A DNA stretch of 63,975 nucleotides, counting the filler, from Octopus bimaculoides (Eukaryota): NCBI RefSeq assembly GCF_001194135.2. It is 6 parts of 5 records of this genome, joined end to end, with 100 filler letters (N's around TTAATTAATTAA, not from the genome) between each part and the next. Parts side by side here need not be neighbours in the genome. Positions count along the whole stretch, not along the records: positions 48,337 to 59,514 come from NC_068982.1; positions 59,615 to 62,837 come from NC_069008.1; positions 62,938 to 63,975 come from NW_026317094.1; 3 more parts are not named here. One strand, given 5' to 3'. Shown here piece after piece: positions 53,021 to 63,910 of the stretch. Numbering within the stretch: position 1 is the stretch's first letter; each line of letters opens with the position of its first letter. The notes below the pieces were generated by a model, which saw nothing but the letters and a program-made list of their open reading frames with translations, had not been told where the DNA came from and did not search any database. A program made the position numbers and the translations under genes.

Positions 53021-53712
53021 TGATAATCTGTAATGTCACAGTGGAAATCAGTAGTGGTGACTTAGCACATTTAGAAACTTTGGGGGCTTTAGTTGTGGAT
53101 TGTTTTAATAAATAAGGAGGGTGTAGTGTCTTGTTGTGTAAAGATTCTATTTTAGTGAAAGTCGTCACATCTTCATTGAAGATGGTTTTGAGATTTCTTT
53201 TCATGGAGGTTGTGAAAATATGGTGTGAAGCTTCCAAGTGGCTGACACCTATGTGCTCATAGTTAAGAGGAGTGATAAGTGAAAACATTTCCATAAGAGT
53301 ATGTGTGATTAGAAGTAACAAAAAGTAGGTCACTCAGAGTGTGGGAAACATGGCCAAACCTTGTGATACACTAGACTTAATAAAATGTAGGTCAAAGTAA
53401 GCTCTGCCAGCACAAGGTGCATTAGAGCAGTCTGAAAGGAAATTTTCTACTCAAGAGATAAGATAGAAGCACTCCAAGGATGTATGCTTGGAGAGGGCTA
53501 GGTGAGTACTGCACACCTACTCTGTTCTTGTAGGGTTAAACATAATCTGGTCACAGTTTGTATACATGCCAGCTGAAACTGTTAGAATCACTGCTGTTAG
53601 AGCAGCCTAGATAAACTACTACACTCAAGTATTATATTGAGCACTTTTCTCCTGTTTGTTAAAAGATAACAAATGTGTGTGTGTGTGTGCGTACGTGCGT
53701 GCGTATGTGTGT

Positions 53713-53915
53713 CTTTATCATTTAAACCGGCAATATCTGGCTAAAATATTCTACCTGTTTTATCTTCAGACTGGTCAGGCCTGGCCTTTCACAGCTACCC
53801 TGCAGTGTCATTTTACAAATAAATACCATCAAAATCTCAAAACTATGTAATAATGCATGATTAATTCCAAATGATGTGAATACATAAGCATTGCATTTGA
53901 CAGAGCAGTCTGAAC
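53713..53915. mobile_element. Decayed MITE-like interspersed repeat
   Basis: Weak terminal similarity (CTTTATCATTT vs GAACACTAAAGGG). I recall a similar octopus TTAA-type repeat; not verified. Confidence 0.35.
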
Positions 53916-54038
53916 ACTAAAGGGATATATATATATGATTCAATAATAGGATAAAGTCTTTATAAGAATTTATCAAGTAGTTAGCGTGAAAAACCTCATA
54001 AGGGAAAAAAACCCATCATTTATCCCTATAAATATATT

Positions 54039-54301
54039 TAATTTATATAAGGGCATTACTATACAATAACGCCTCACGCTAAGAGGGACTCCAGAAGTCA
54101 AACTACTATAATAAACACATTTTTACAGATCGCGAGGGAATGGAACTCTCAAAGCTAACCTCCTAAAAACTTTTACGGAGGTTTGCTTTGAGAGTTGCAT
54201 TCCCTCGCGATCGGTAAAAATGTGTTTATTATAGTAGTTTGACTTCTGGAGTCCCTCTTAGCGTGAGGCGTTTTTGTATAGTAATGCCCTTATATAAATT
54301 A
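54039..54301. mobile_element. 263-bp near-perfect palindrome (fold-back MITE candidate) in TA context
   Basis: The arms pair around centre 54170 with 4 mismatches over about 125 bp plus 2 near the centre. Confidence 0.9.
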
Positions 54302-54639
54302 TATATATATATATATATATATTGACAAAAGTCGCTATCTACATGCTGTTGATATATTGTCCGCTTGATTCACACCTTCAATAATCCAATTCTTTCCTAA
54401 ATGCTTTGAAAACAATATACTCTTCAAACAGTCCTCTAATGTACATCATGCTGATAAAAGAAAGAAAATATTATTAAGCAAGCATAGCTACACACAAAAA
54501 TCCTATCTCAAAATACCACCAAAGCATACAGGAAGACTAACATTGATATAAGCACAAAAGTGAAGGACATAGCCACTCCTGAAAATAGACAATTGTGTGA
54601 ATTTCCTCAACATATGGCTCTCTATTTCACTTCATGGAC

Positions 54640-55448
54640 CATAATGATTTCAATGAAGAATTTAACATACCAGTAGGGCTCTGTTATTGACCTTTACTAT
54701 TTATTATAATTTCCAGGCTATAACAGAGGAATTCAAGATTGCCTGTATGTATGCTGATGACCTACTTTTCAGTGCTGAATTAGTCAAAGATTTAGAAAAT
54801 TCAAAATGCAGAAGCAAATCTTAGAATCAAGCAACCTCAAAGTAAACCTAACAAAGACAAAATTTTTAGTTGGCAGAGAAGACAGGACTCTACTGCCATC
54901 TGGGAAATGACCATGCTCATTAGGCAGAAAATGAGTGGGTAGGAATTCCATATGCTGGACCCAATATAAACAGTAGGATCACAAGCAAACTGAGAGAGTA
55001 GAAACTTTATATGTTTAGAAACTTTATATGTTTAGAAACTTTATATGCAGTAAAAGTACCTGTCAAAAATTTTTTCAGAGTTGGTAAGTAGCTTTTTTTA
55101 CCTGGCAGTGGAGGAAGATATTTCAAAAATATAGTAGCCTGAGTAAGAAGCAAGTATAAAAATTTCAGCGAGTTTTTACCACTGCTGTCAACAAAAGGTT
55201 CTTCCCTCCAAATGAAAAAAAGATTGTATGACACTTGGGTGTATAGTATGGTATTGCATGGTAGCAAACTATGGAAACTGAATGCAGAGCATGTGCAAAG
55301 ACTGGAAAGAAATTAAGTGAGCATGTTCTGCTGGATACTTAATATTAATGTACATGAACAACAGAGTACAAATGAGCTGAGAGGAAAACTGAATATAAAT
55401 GGAATTAGATGTAATATACAAGAGAGAAAACCATGATGGTGCCAGCAT
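54640..55448 (+). mobile_element. Decayed RTE LINE, left part (RT YADD to pre-RWYGH)
   Basis: Pieces read MYADDL, NLKVNLTKTK, RLYDTWVYSMVLHGSKLWKL and QERKP*WCQH. Confidence 0.8.
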
Positions 55449-57056
55449 CAAACAGGCACTCCATCAGTTATTTATATATTAATACGCTTGTACCATCGGG
55501 GTTTGTCACACTAAGGGAGATAAGTCTGGATGATTAAATTTGAGCTATTTCCCTGGCTTCTGGATTGGCATTGTTGCAACACTCTTGAAAAGGTGGTAAA
55601 ACTCTTCACAGTACATTCAAGCTTCCAGTTCCTTTGAGTGAAACAAAGTGTATGCAATGTTCCACCAAATTCTGATCAAGGAAACATTCTTAGCTGAGTA
55701 AAAGTCTTCTTTATTGACGAAGCTTCAATGATAGTAGTTTATGCTTTGAAAGCTATAGATTGTTTAAGAGATATTATGAATAGTAATAGTATATTTAATG
55801 GGAAAATTATCATACTAGGCGGAGATTTTAGACAAGTGCTTCCAGTTGTTTCCAGAGCTCCTCCTGCAGCTGTACTTGATGCCTGCTTCAAATGCTCCTC
55901 TGTGTGGGATAATTTTCACCAAATGCAACTTATTTAAAACATGAGAATAACAATGCAAATGAACAAGATTTTGATACTACAACTTGGATGTGGATTTCTT
56001 CAAAGCTCTCTGGATAATCTTGCAGAAGATACTATTGATATTCCTGAGGCATGCATATGTAACAATTCTTTGGTATCTGGTATATTTGACAATTGTACAG
56101 TAGAAGAAATAAAAAACAGAGTGATCTAATCCCCTAAAAATTCGGATTGCTTAGCAGTAAATAAAGAAATTTTAAGTAGCTTGCCCACTGAAGTACTTCA
56201 GCTCCACAAGCATAGCATCGAAGCATCAATTATAAGTGGATCTCATTATCACACAAGAGTATTGATTCCAAGAATCAAACTTATTCCATGCGATGCAAAC
56301 ATTCCATTCATTCTGCATCAGACCCAGTTCCCAGTTCATTTGTCCTATTCTATGACAATCAATAAAGCACAGGGACAAACATTTGATAGATTTGGCATAC
56401 ACTTGCCACAGCCATGCTTCACTCATGGCCAGCTTTATGTAGCTTTTTCAAGAGCAAAGGCAATGAACAGTGTGAGGGTTAAAGGGATACCTCAAAATGA
56501 ATCCACACATGGTCGCAGAAGGGGAATCACCTACACTAGAAACATTGTATATATAGGGAAGTGCTGTAACAGATGTACTTAACATATACTTTCACACAGT
56601 AACTTAATATATACTTATATTATTAATAAATATAACAAAGTATAATAGAATTTTCCATTAACCAAAATAGTGCAAATTAAACAATTTTAATTAAATGATA
56701 ACTATTCATCAAACGATATTTAAATTATCCATAAATTTTTTCACAGGTCCTGCTAGTGACAATGAATGTTTCAGTTGATCTGATCAATGGAACAGCTTGC
56801 TCATGAAATTAACATGCAAGTGGCTGAACACTCAACAAACTCACAGGCTCTTAACATAGTTCTCAGGGAAATACAGCAGGACACAGAATGTGACAAGGTT
56901 GGCTCTCTGAATTACAGGTACAACTTAATTTTGCCAGCTGAGTAGACTAGAGCAACATGAATTAAAGTGTCTGGTTCAAAGACACAAAACACCCCCAGGA
57001 ATCATGACCTTCCAATTGTGAATCAAATACCTTGACCACTAAGTCACGTGCCTTCG
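55449..57056 (-). mobile_element. tRNA-derived SINE (58777 family) split by a Helitron: head/body 57056-56757, tail 55470-55449
   Basis: Joining 55470 to 56757 restores GATCAACTGAAAC...GTCATAACTGATGGAGTGCC. It is flanked by a 12-bp TSD, TGGTGCCAGCAT (55437-55448) and TGGTACCAGCAT (57057-57068). Confidence 0.88.
55471..56756 (+). mobile_element. Internally deleted Helitron carrying PIF1-type helicase C-terminal pseudogene
   Basis: Starts TTTATATAT (variant of TCTATATAT), ends CTAG, and sits between A and T with no TSD. It encodes GKTLHSTFKLP, FIDEASM, GKIIILGGDFRQVLPVV, QFPVHLSYSMTINKAQGQT and FTHGQLYVAFSR. Confidence 0.92.
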
Positions 57057-57300
57057 TGGTACCAGCATATGATGAATATGGAGGATGACAGTTGGCTAAG
57101 CTGGAAGTCAAGAGATCCAAACAGGAGGAACGTGCGGAAATAGAAGACCAGAAAGGACATGAGAAGTGGTGAAAGCTGATTTCAAGAGGCTGAACTTCAG
57201 AGATGACAAAGTGCTAAGACATGTGGCAAAATGTCTTGCTAGTGAAGACCTACCTATCCTATCCAAGCATGGAAAAATGGACATAAAATGAAATTTTACC
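57057..57300 (+). mobile_element. RTE LINE right part and 3' tail
   Basis: WYQHMMNMEDDSW continues the left piece, then EVVKADFKRLN and the tail CCAAGCATGGAAAAATGGACATAAAATGA. Confidence 0.82.
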
Positions 57301-58241
57301 ATACAAGAATAAATAAAGGGAGTGACAGTTTTGTCAGCAGCCCAAATGTCTTCATACATGAGTATCAAGAATCAATACTGCAAACATCAAAGATACAACT
57401 TTATAACTGTCTTCCGAAAAGGCTGAGGAATTTAAATGATTAAAGTTGCTTATGAATGTGTGTATACACATGTAAGAATGTTTGTATGTAAACACACACC
57501 TATCAAAAACCAGTGAAGATATAAATTGGTGTAAATTATACAGCAAAAGATGTACTTTTTTTTTATTCCACATATACTATCTGCAGTGGATTATATATAA
57601 GCTGGATAGAACAGCTTCTACTGACTCTCTGGTGATACTAAACACATAAAACTGAATTCTATGATATACAGCAGAGGTAACACAAGAAACAAAGAAGTTT
57701 TCTCATTACTAATCTTGCATGTGGAGAATAAGTAGAAATTACAGCAACTATCAAATTGCCTGTCAGGAGCTTAAATTTAATGGTTCTAGCACTCACTTTG
57801 ACTACCTTAACTGTATACCCAACTACTTCATTGCTAAAAATATACCTGCCCCATCAGTATCAGAATTATTAAGTATCTAGAATTTAAATTTATGCTTTTT
57901 TTCTTCTGATCAATCAAACAATTACAATTCTTCAGCTTATTTCCAGGAGTCATTACAGTTCAATCTTTCTAAATTCTAACATCTTAACCTTGCAGACTCT
58001 TCTGATTATAGTAACACGCACACACACACACACACACACACATTTAAGGAAGATAAATAAAACCAATAAAATAATTACTTGCTTAAAAAATATATCTGAA
58101 GTTTGATATCAGGCATGTTTTTCTTCTTTTTATACAATTCCTTATCGTAATTGTATCTATTCATTATTTACTCATTTACTTCTGAAACACTTTTTTTCCT
58201 TTAACAGAAATGTTCTGTTTTTTTGTTTTTTTTTCTTCCAG

Positions 58242-58300
58242 CAATAATTGCTAGAGCTTCATCCAAAAGACTAGAAAGTCTCAGAGAGATCTTTAGTTGA
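58242..58300 (+). CDS. Candidate terminal coding exon (xIIARASSKRLESLREIFS*) of an unidentified gene
   Basis: A very strong acceptor (TTTTTTTTTCTTCCAG); only one frame stays open and it ends in tandem TGA TAA. No homology recognised. Confidence 0.3.
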
Positions 58301-58776
58301 TAAAATTTATGGTAGCTCTGCATCTTAACTCTCATTATCTTGATTTTCTTTAGTATGATGTTGCTCCCTCTCTATATTGTCCTCATTAGATATTTCTTCT
58401 CTATGTAATTCAAATAACTCCATTACAACACATCTTTTTCATTTATACCAATGTTTCTCAACCATTTTTTGCCTATAGACTCCTTTGGTTCCTATTTTAC
58501 TCTACTGGACCCGCGTAGCCATTCAGTGTCTTTAAAAAAATCCTATTATATTTTTATAATTAAATATTATTAGGAATTGTATTTAAAAAATTGTTAAAAT
58601 ATTTTGTGCACTGTAGCAGTAACAATATATTGCACATAAATTTTAACAATAAGATCTTATATGGACCCCTAAGGGCCATGTGGACACTGGTTGCAAACCA
58701 GATTTATATCACTTAATTCAGCATATGAGCTAGCCCAACAATCTCTTCATGAATATTTTGTACTAGATGTTCAAAG

Positions 58777-59147
58777 GGAGGCGCAATGGCCCAGTGGTTA
58801 CGGCAGCGGACTCGCAGTCATAGGATCGCGGTTTCAATTCCCAGACCGGGCGTTGTGAGTGTTTATTGAGCGAAAACACCTAAAGCTCCACGAGGCTCCA
58901 GCAGGAGATGGTGGCGAACCCTGCTGTACTCTTTCACCACAACTTTCTCTTACTCTTACTTCCTGCTTCTGATGTGCCTGTAATTCAAAGGGTCACACTG
59001 TGTCACGCTGAATATCCCCGAGAACTACGTTAAGAGTACACGTGTCTGTGGAGTGCTCAGCCACTTGCGCGTTAATTTCACGAGCAGGCTGTTCCGTTGA
59101 TCGGATCAACTGGAACCTTTGACGTCATAAGCGACGGAGTGCCAACA
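58777..59147 (+). mobile_element. Full-length tRNA-derived SINE with CpGs intact
   Basis: A box TGGCCCAGTGG, B box GGTTTCAATTCCC, and 3' end GATCAACTGGAAC...GACGGAGTGCC. Confidence 0.88.
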
Positions 59148-59291
59148 CCAGCTGTTCAAAACTCAAAAAGTCTGCAATGCAGTCTGGATAAATTTTACTC
59201 CAGACAAGATTCATTGTGGTTGTTTTCACTTCTTGCCATACTTCTGTACGTTGAGCATTCATACCAACATTTCTTTAGAGGAAGTTTAGTT

Positions 59292-59514
59292 TCATCATCA
59301 TCGTTTAACGTCCGCTTTCCATGCTAGCATGGGTTGGACGATTTGACTGAGGACTGGTGAAACCGGATGGCAACACCAGGCTCCAGTCTGATTTGGCAGA
59401 GTTTCTACAGCTGGATGCCCTTCCTAACGCCAACCACTCAGAGAGTGTAGTGGGTGCTTTTACGTGTCACCCGCACGAAAACGGCCACGCTCGAAATGGT
59501 GTCTTTTATGTGCC
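59292..59514 (-). mobile_element. (GAT)n-tailed SINE with RTE-like 3' end
   Basis: Reverse strand GGTTGGCGTTAGGAAGGGCATCCAGC...CCCATGCTAGCATGGAAAGCGGACGTTAAACGATGATGATG; homologous to 60550 and 61117. Confidence 0.88.
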
Positions 59515-59614
59515 NNNNNNNNNNNNNNNNNNNNNNNNNNNNNNNNNNNNNNNNNNNNTTAATTAATTAANNNNNNNNNNNNNNNNNNNNNNNNNNNNNN
59601 NNNNNNNNNNNNNN
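59515..59614. other. Artificial scaffold join (linker 59559-59570)
   Basis: N44-TTAATTAATTAA-N44. Confidence 0.95.
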
Positions 59615-60029
59615 TCAGAATCGCTGCTTTCAGAATCGCTGCTTTCAGTTTCAGATACAGAAATATCCGATTCATTATTGTTCACCACGTACTTTTGTAG
59701 CTCATTCATTCTTTTCTTCAATATCTCCATATCTTCTGTTGAAAAACCTTCAAATTCGGAATCACTGCTTGATAGCATGAAACTCCTCTCCATCATCAAA
59801 GGTGAAAAAATTAACGCCGCAAAAAATGTGGAAAAAAAATCTTCAAATATCACGCCAAACAATGTCGGATACAATAACTCAAATGTTTGCAAAGTGAAAT
59901 CAGGTGTTTAAACGAATGTACTAACGAGATTTGGGTTCAAATTTACATTTAAATAACAATGTGTACTCTCGGCTGGCTATGAACCAAAAAATTTTTCGGC
60001 CAGCTACGGCCGGGTTAGTAACAAAAGGG
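59615..60029 (-). mobile_element. piggyBac-like element 5' end with acidic transposase N-terminus
   Basis: Reverse strand TTAA|CCCT terminus (TTAA at 60030-60033) and the frame SSSDSEFEGFSTEDMEIL...ESDISVSETESSDSESSDS running open into the gap. Confidence 0.65.
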
Positions 60030-60259
60030 TTAAGACGTAAGAAACATATTCCATATATAAAAGATACACATGAAAGCAACGGGAAATGCCTGAATAAAAA
60101 GGAAAATAATATATGGCTTATCTTACCTTATGGCAAGCAGATAATGACTAACCTTATCTGAGTAATTCATTCTATCATAGATAAACATTTCACTTCTAAT
60201 AATATAACTATAATTAATAATAAAATAATGAGGATTGGATTTTTGGTAACCAAAAGCCT

Positions 60260-60480
60260 ATTTCGACATATATCACCTTTTAATAAGGTAAAATTTGATG
60301 CATATTGCACAAATAGAAATAACTCCCCTCCAACTATGAACATAATCAATATTCAAACAAACATAAATTCCAGACATATATCTAAACAACACATGAACAA
60401 CAATACAAACACAACTAACACTTCTAATAACTATTTAAATTATTTCTGCCATTGTAGGGTTAAAGAAAAATGTAAACCAT
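60260..60480 (+). mobile_element. Penelope-like remnant (RT to GIY-YIG linker)
   Basis: ORF 60228-60515 contains FNKVKFDAYC...CHCRVKEKC, similar to the PLE CNCRxKxxCP linker. Confidence 0.45.
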
Positions 60481-60549
60481 GCAACCATCGAAGTGGAAGG
60501 CAAATATTTTTATAATGATGGAGTGACAGCGTGTTATGTGAAAGCGGAA

Positions 60550-60856
60550 GCAAAATCGTGATGTCACCTGTGCCCAGCGTCGCCTTTCTGGTACTTGTGT
60601 CTGTGGCATATGTAAGGACTTTCGAGCGAGATCGTTGCCAGTACCGCCTGACTGGCCTTCGTGCCGGTGGCACGTAAAAGCACCCACTGCACTCCTGGAG
60701 TGGTTGGCGTTAGGAAGGGCATCCAGCTGTAGAAACTCTGCCAAATCAGATTGGAGCCTGGTGTAGCCATCTGGTTTCACCAGTCCTCAGTCAAATCATC
60801 CAACCCATGCTAGCATGGAAAGCGGACATTAAACGATGATGATGATGATGATGATG
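60550..60856 (+). mobile_element. (GAT)n-tailed SINE
   Basis: GTGGCACGTAAAAGCACCCAC...GGTTGGCGTTAGGAAGGGCATCCAGC...ACATTAAACGATGATGATGATG. Confidence 0.88.
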
Positions 60857-60994
60857 AAATAATATATACATATATATATAACCCCTATTTAAAATCACGA
60901 TATTAGTCTGATTATTTGTTAAATAGTTAGTAGATTTTAAAGTCTTTTATTTTCTTAACTCATTTAAATCTTTCAAACCTAACATCATTAACAA

Positions 60995-62410
60995 TTGAAT
61001 GGGATCAGAGGATGAAAGCTGCTGTGAAGGGGCCAGTGGAGAGGGTTAGTCGGGAAGAAGTAGTGGAGGCAATGAAGGAAATGAAAATAGGAAAGGAAGT
61101 TGGTCTATCAGAAGTATCATCATCATCATTGTTTAACGTCTGCTTTCCATGCTGGCATGGGTTGGACAATTTGACTGAGGACTGGCAAACCAGATGGCTG
61201 CACCAGGCTCAAATCTTATCTGGCAGAGTTTCTACAGCTGGATGCCCTTCTTAATGCCAACCACTCCGAGAGTGTAGTGGGTACTTTTACATGCCGCCGG
61301 CATGAGGGCCAGTCAGACAGTGCTGGCAACGGCCACGCTCAAATGGTGTTTTTTTATATGCCACCCGCACAGGAGCCAGTCCAGCGGCACTGAGGGATTG
61401 TTGTGTTGATGGAGCTCTGCCAGGGTGTGTGGGATGGAAAAGGAATGCCAGATGGTTGTGTACTAAGTGAGGTGGTACTGATCTTCAAGGGAAAGGAGGA
61501 TGGAATGAGTTGTGGGACATATAGGGAAGTGAAATTATTGGAGCATGCAATGAAGATTGTGGAAAAGGTGTTGGAGAAGAGAATTTGGAAAATGGTGGAT
61601 GTGGATGAGATGCAATTTGGTTTTATGCCAGGAAAGGGGACAATACATGCAGTTTCCAAATTAACAAGATTGCAAGAAGAATACCAAGATAAGGAAGAGT
61701 TGTACATATGCTTCGTTGATCTGGAGAAAGCATTTGATAGTTTTCCAAGGAAGGTGATTGAGTAGGCATTGAGAAAGAGAGGTGTACTAGAGGTAATAAC
61801 AAGAGCAGTTATGAGTTTGTATGAAGGGGTAACAACAAGAGTTGGAATTGGATTAGAGCTGTCGGAGGAGTTTGTGATGAAAATTGGTGTGCATCAGGGA
61901 TCTGTGTTGTCACAGTTGTTGTTTGCAGCAGTGGTTGATGTGGTGACGGAGAGTGCGAGAGAGGGATTGATAATGGAGATACTGTATGTAGATGACCTTG
62001 TTCTGATGAGTGAGACGATGGAGGGATTGAGGGGAGAGTTCGGGAAATGGAAGGAGGCATTTGAAAGCAAGTGTTTGAAGGTAAACTTCGTGAAGACAAA
62101 GGTGATGGTGAGTGGGGTGGAAGGAGAAGTGTTAGTGAGTAAGGTGGATCCATGTGGTGTATGTTGGAGGAGGGTAATGGCAAATGCAGTGTTATGTATG
62201 AGATGTGAGAAATAGATTCATGGTAGACGTATGAAAATGAAGAGGGTGACCCAAAGACTGGTAACAGATTCTATTTGTGGAAGATGTGAGAAAGGAGCTG
62301 GAGGGCTGGCAGAACCAGTGAAAATGCTATGTGCTGAGGTGAAAACAGTGAGAGGGTTTTGTTATTTGGGAGAGAGGGTGGATGTAAGTGGGGGATGTGA
62401 AGCAGAGACA
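60995..62410 (+). mobile_element. RTE-clade LINE reverse transcriptase pseudogene
   Basis: ORFs 61403-61765 and 61769-62215 read YREVKLLEHAMK, QFGFMPGKGT, FVDLEKAFD, GVHQGSVLS, LYVDDLV and LKVNFVKTKVM, with in-frame stops. Confidence 0.93.
61117..61392 (-). mobile_element. (GAT)n-tailed SINE inserted in the RTE
   Basis: Same family as 59292 and 60550; it interrupts the RTE between GKEVGLSEVS and GIVVLMELCQ. Confidence 0.88.
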
Positions 62411-62780
62411 AAGGCAGGTGAGGCTGCATGGTAATAAGCTTGTATCCCAATCTCATGGTTCTGGGTTCAGTTCCACTGTGTGGCATACTGGACAAGTGTC
62501 TTCTACTGTAGTCTCAGGCTGATCAAAACCTCATGAGTGGATTTGGTAGACAGAAACTGAAAGAAACCCATAGTATATGTATGTGTGTGTGTTTGTTCCC
62601 CACCACTGTTTGACAACTGGTGTTGATGTGTTTATGTCCCTGTAACTTAGTGGTTTATCAAAAGAGACCAATAGAATAAGTACCAGGCTTAACAAAAAAT
62701 AAGTACTCAGGTCAATTTGTTTGACTAAAAGTTCTTCAAGTCAGTGCCCTGGGTTGACGAAACAAATATAAGATAAAAGA
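62411..62780 (+). mobile_element. Full-length CORE-type (OR2-like) SINE, CpG-decayed
   Basis: tRNA-like head, GGACAAGTGTCTTCTACTGTAG core, a (TG)n stretch and a 3' region shared with 18716. Confidence 0.8.
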
Positions 62781-62790
62781 TGTATATATG

Positions 62791-62837
<47 letters not shown>

Positions 62838-62937
62838 NNNNNNNNNNNNNNNNNNNNNNNNNNNNNNNNNNNNNNNNNNNNTTAATTAATTAANNNNNNN
62901 NNNNNNNNNNNNNNNNNNNNNNNNNNNNNNNNNNNNN
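62838..62937. other. Artificial scaffold join (linker 62882-62893)
   Basis: N44-TTAATTAATTAA-N44. Confidence 0.95.
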
Positions 62938-63435
62938 CGACAGACCTGGTAGGTCTATATATCTTAGATAATATAGGTAGAGAATTCTCTGAATTAACCG
63001 GAGGTCTATATAAGGATAACGCACTATTCTTAGTTAAGAACCTTTCAAGCAGACGTCTTGAACTGCTTAAAAAGCTTTTGCATAAATTCTTTAATAGGTT
63101 TGGCCTTTCCACAATTATAGAAAACGAAAACTATTCTATAAACTATTGAGATGGAAATCGTAACCTAATTACCGGACTCCATGAGCCTTATCTAGTAACC
63201 ATCCCTCGTAAATAAAGAGAGCCCTACTACTAAATATAAGTAAAAGAATTTCAAACCTCTCCTCTAATGAAGAGATATTTAATAAACATAAGGAAAAATA
63301 CAATATAGCACTAACAAATGCAGGATATAATGGTAAAATTAAATACCTCCCCAATAATATTAACTATAATAGCCAGGATAAAGTAACTACCTCCGACCCA
63401 CAATAATTCGACAAATTTAACACTAACAAAGATAA

Positions 63436-63505
<70 letters not shown>

Positions 63506-63910
63506 GAAATATTAAAAATACGATAAGACAAATAATAAGACAAATAATATTTGACATAATAACAGCAACAATAATAATAATAACAATAATAAAATCATTA
63601 GTAATAATAGTAAAAATTATAATAAAAATAGTATTATCAAATATAAAAATAAAAATAAGAATAATAACAGAGAATTTACACATAATATAAGGAACCCTAA
63701 TAAGGGAAACAACGTAGTCAAATCAAGAATAACATAGTAAAAACAATTTTTAGTTTAATTAACAAAGATTTTACAAATGCAAAAAACAAATATTGGGAGA
63801 TAATCAATACCAAAACAATAAGAATAGTATATAGTCTAACACATAACCTAGCTGCCATCATCTTCTCAATTAACAATAGAAAACTAGACACCTATCTAAA
63901 TAGAAAAATT
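62938..63910 (+). mobile_element. Penelope-like element RT region, decayed, with internal (AAT)n expansion
   Basis: Pieces read DLVGLYILD, GGLYKDNAL (compare GLYRDDGL), KRISNLSSNEEIFNKHKEKYNIALTNAGY and FLSLINKDF...IINTKTIRIVYS. Confidence 0.78.

Noticed and set aside
54999-55047. 17-bp unit x3 (also a 21-bp duplication at 21626-21667 and a 12-bp unit at about 988-1020)
   Set aside because: Ordinary local slippage duplications with no sign of function.
55728-56582. Host PIF1 helicase gene
   Set aside because: It has stops, frameshifts and deletions, lacks introns and is bounded by Helitron termini.
58777-58850. tRNA gene (also at 1478 and 62411)
   Set aside because: A and B boxes are present but I cannot close a cloverleaf, and each continues into a SINE body.
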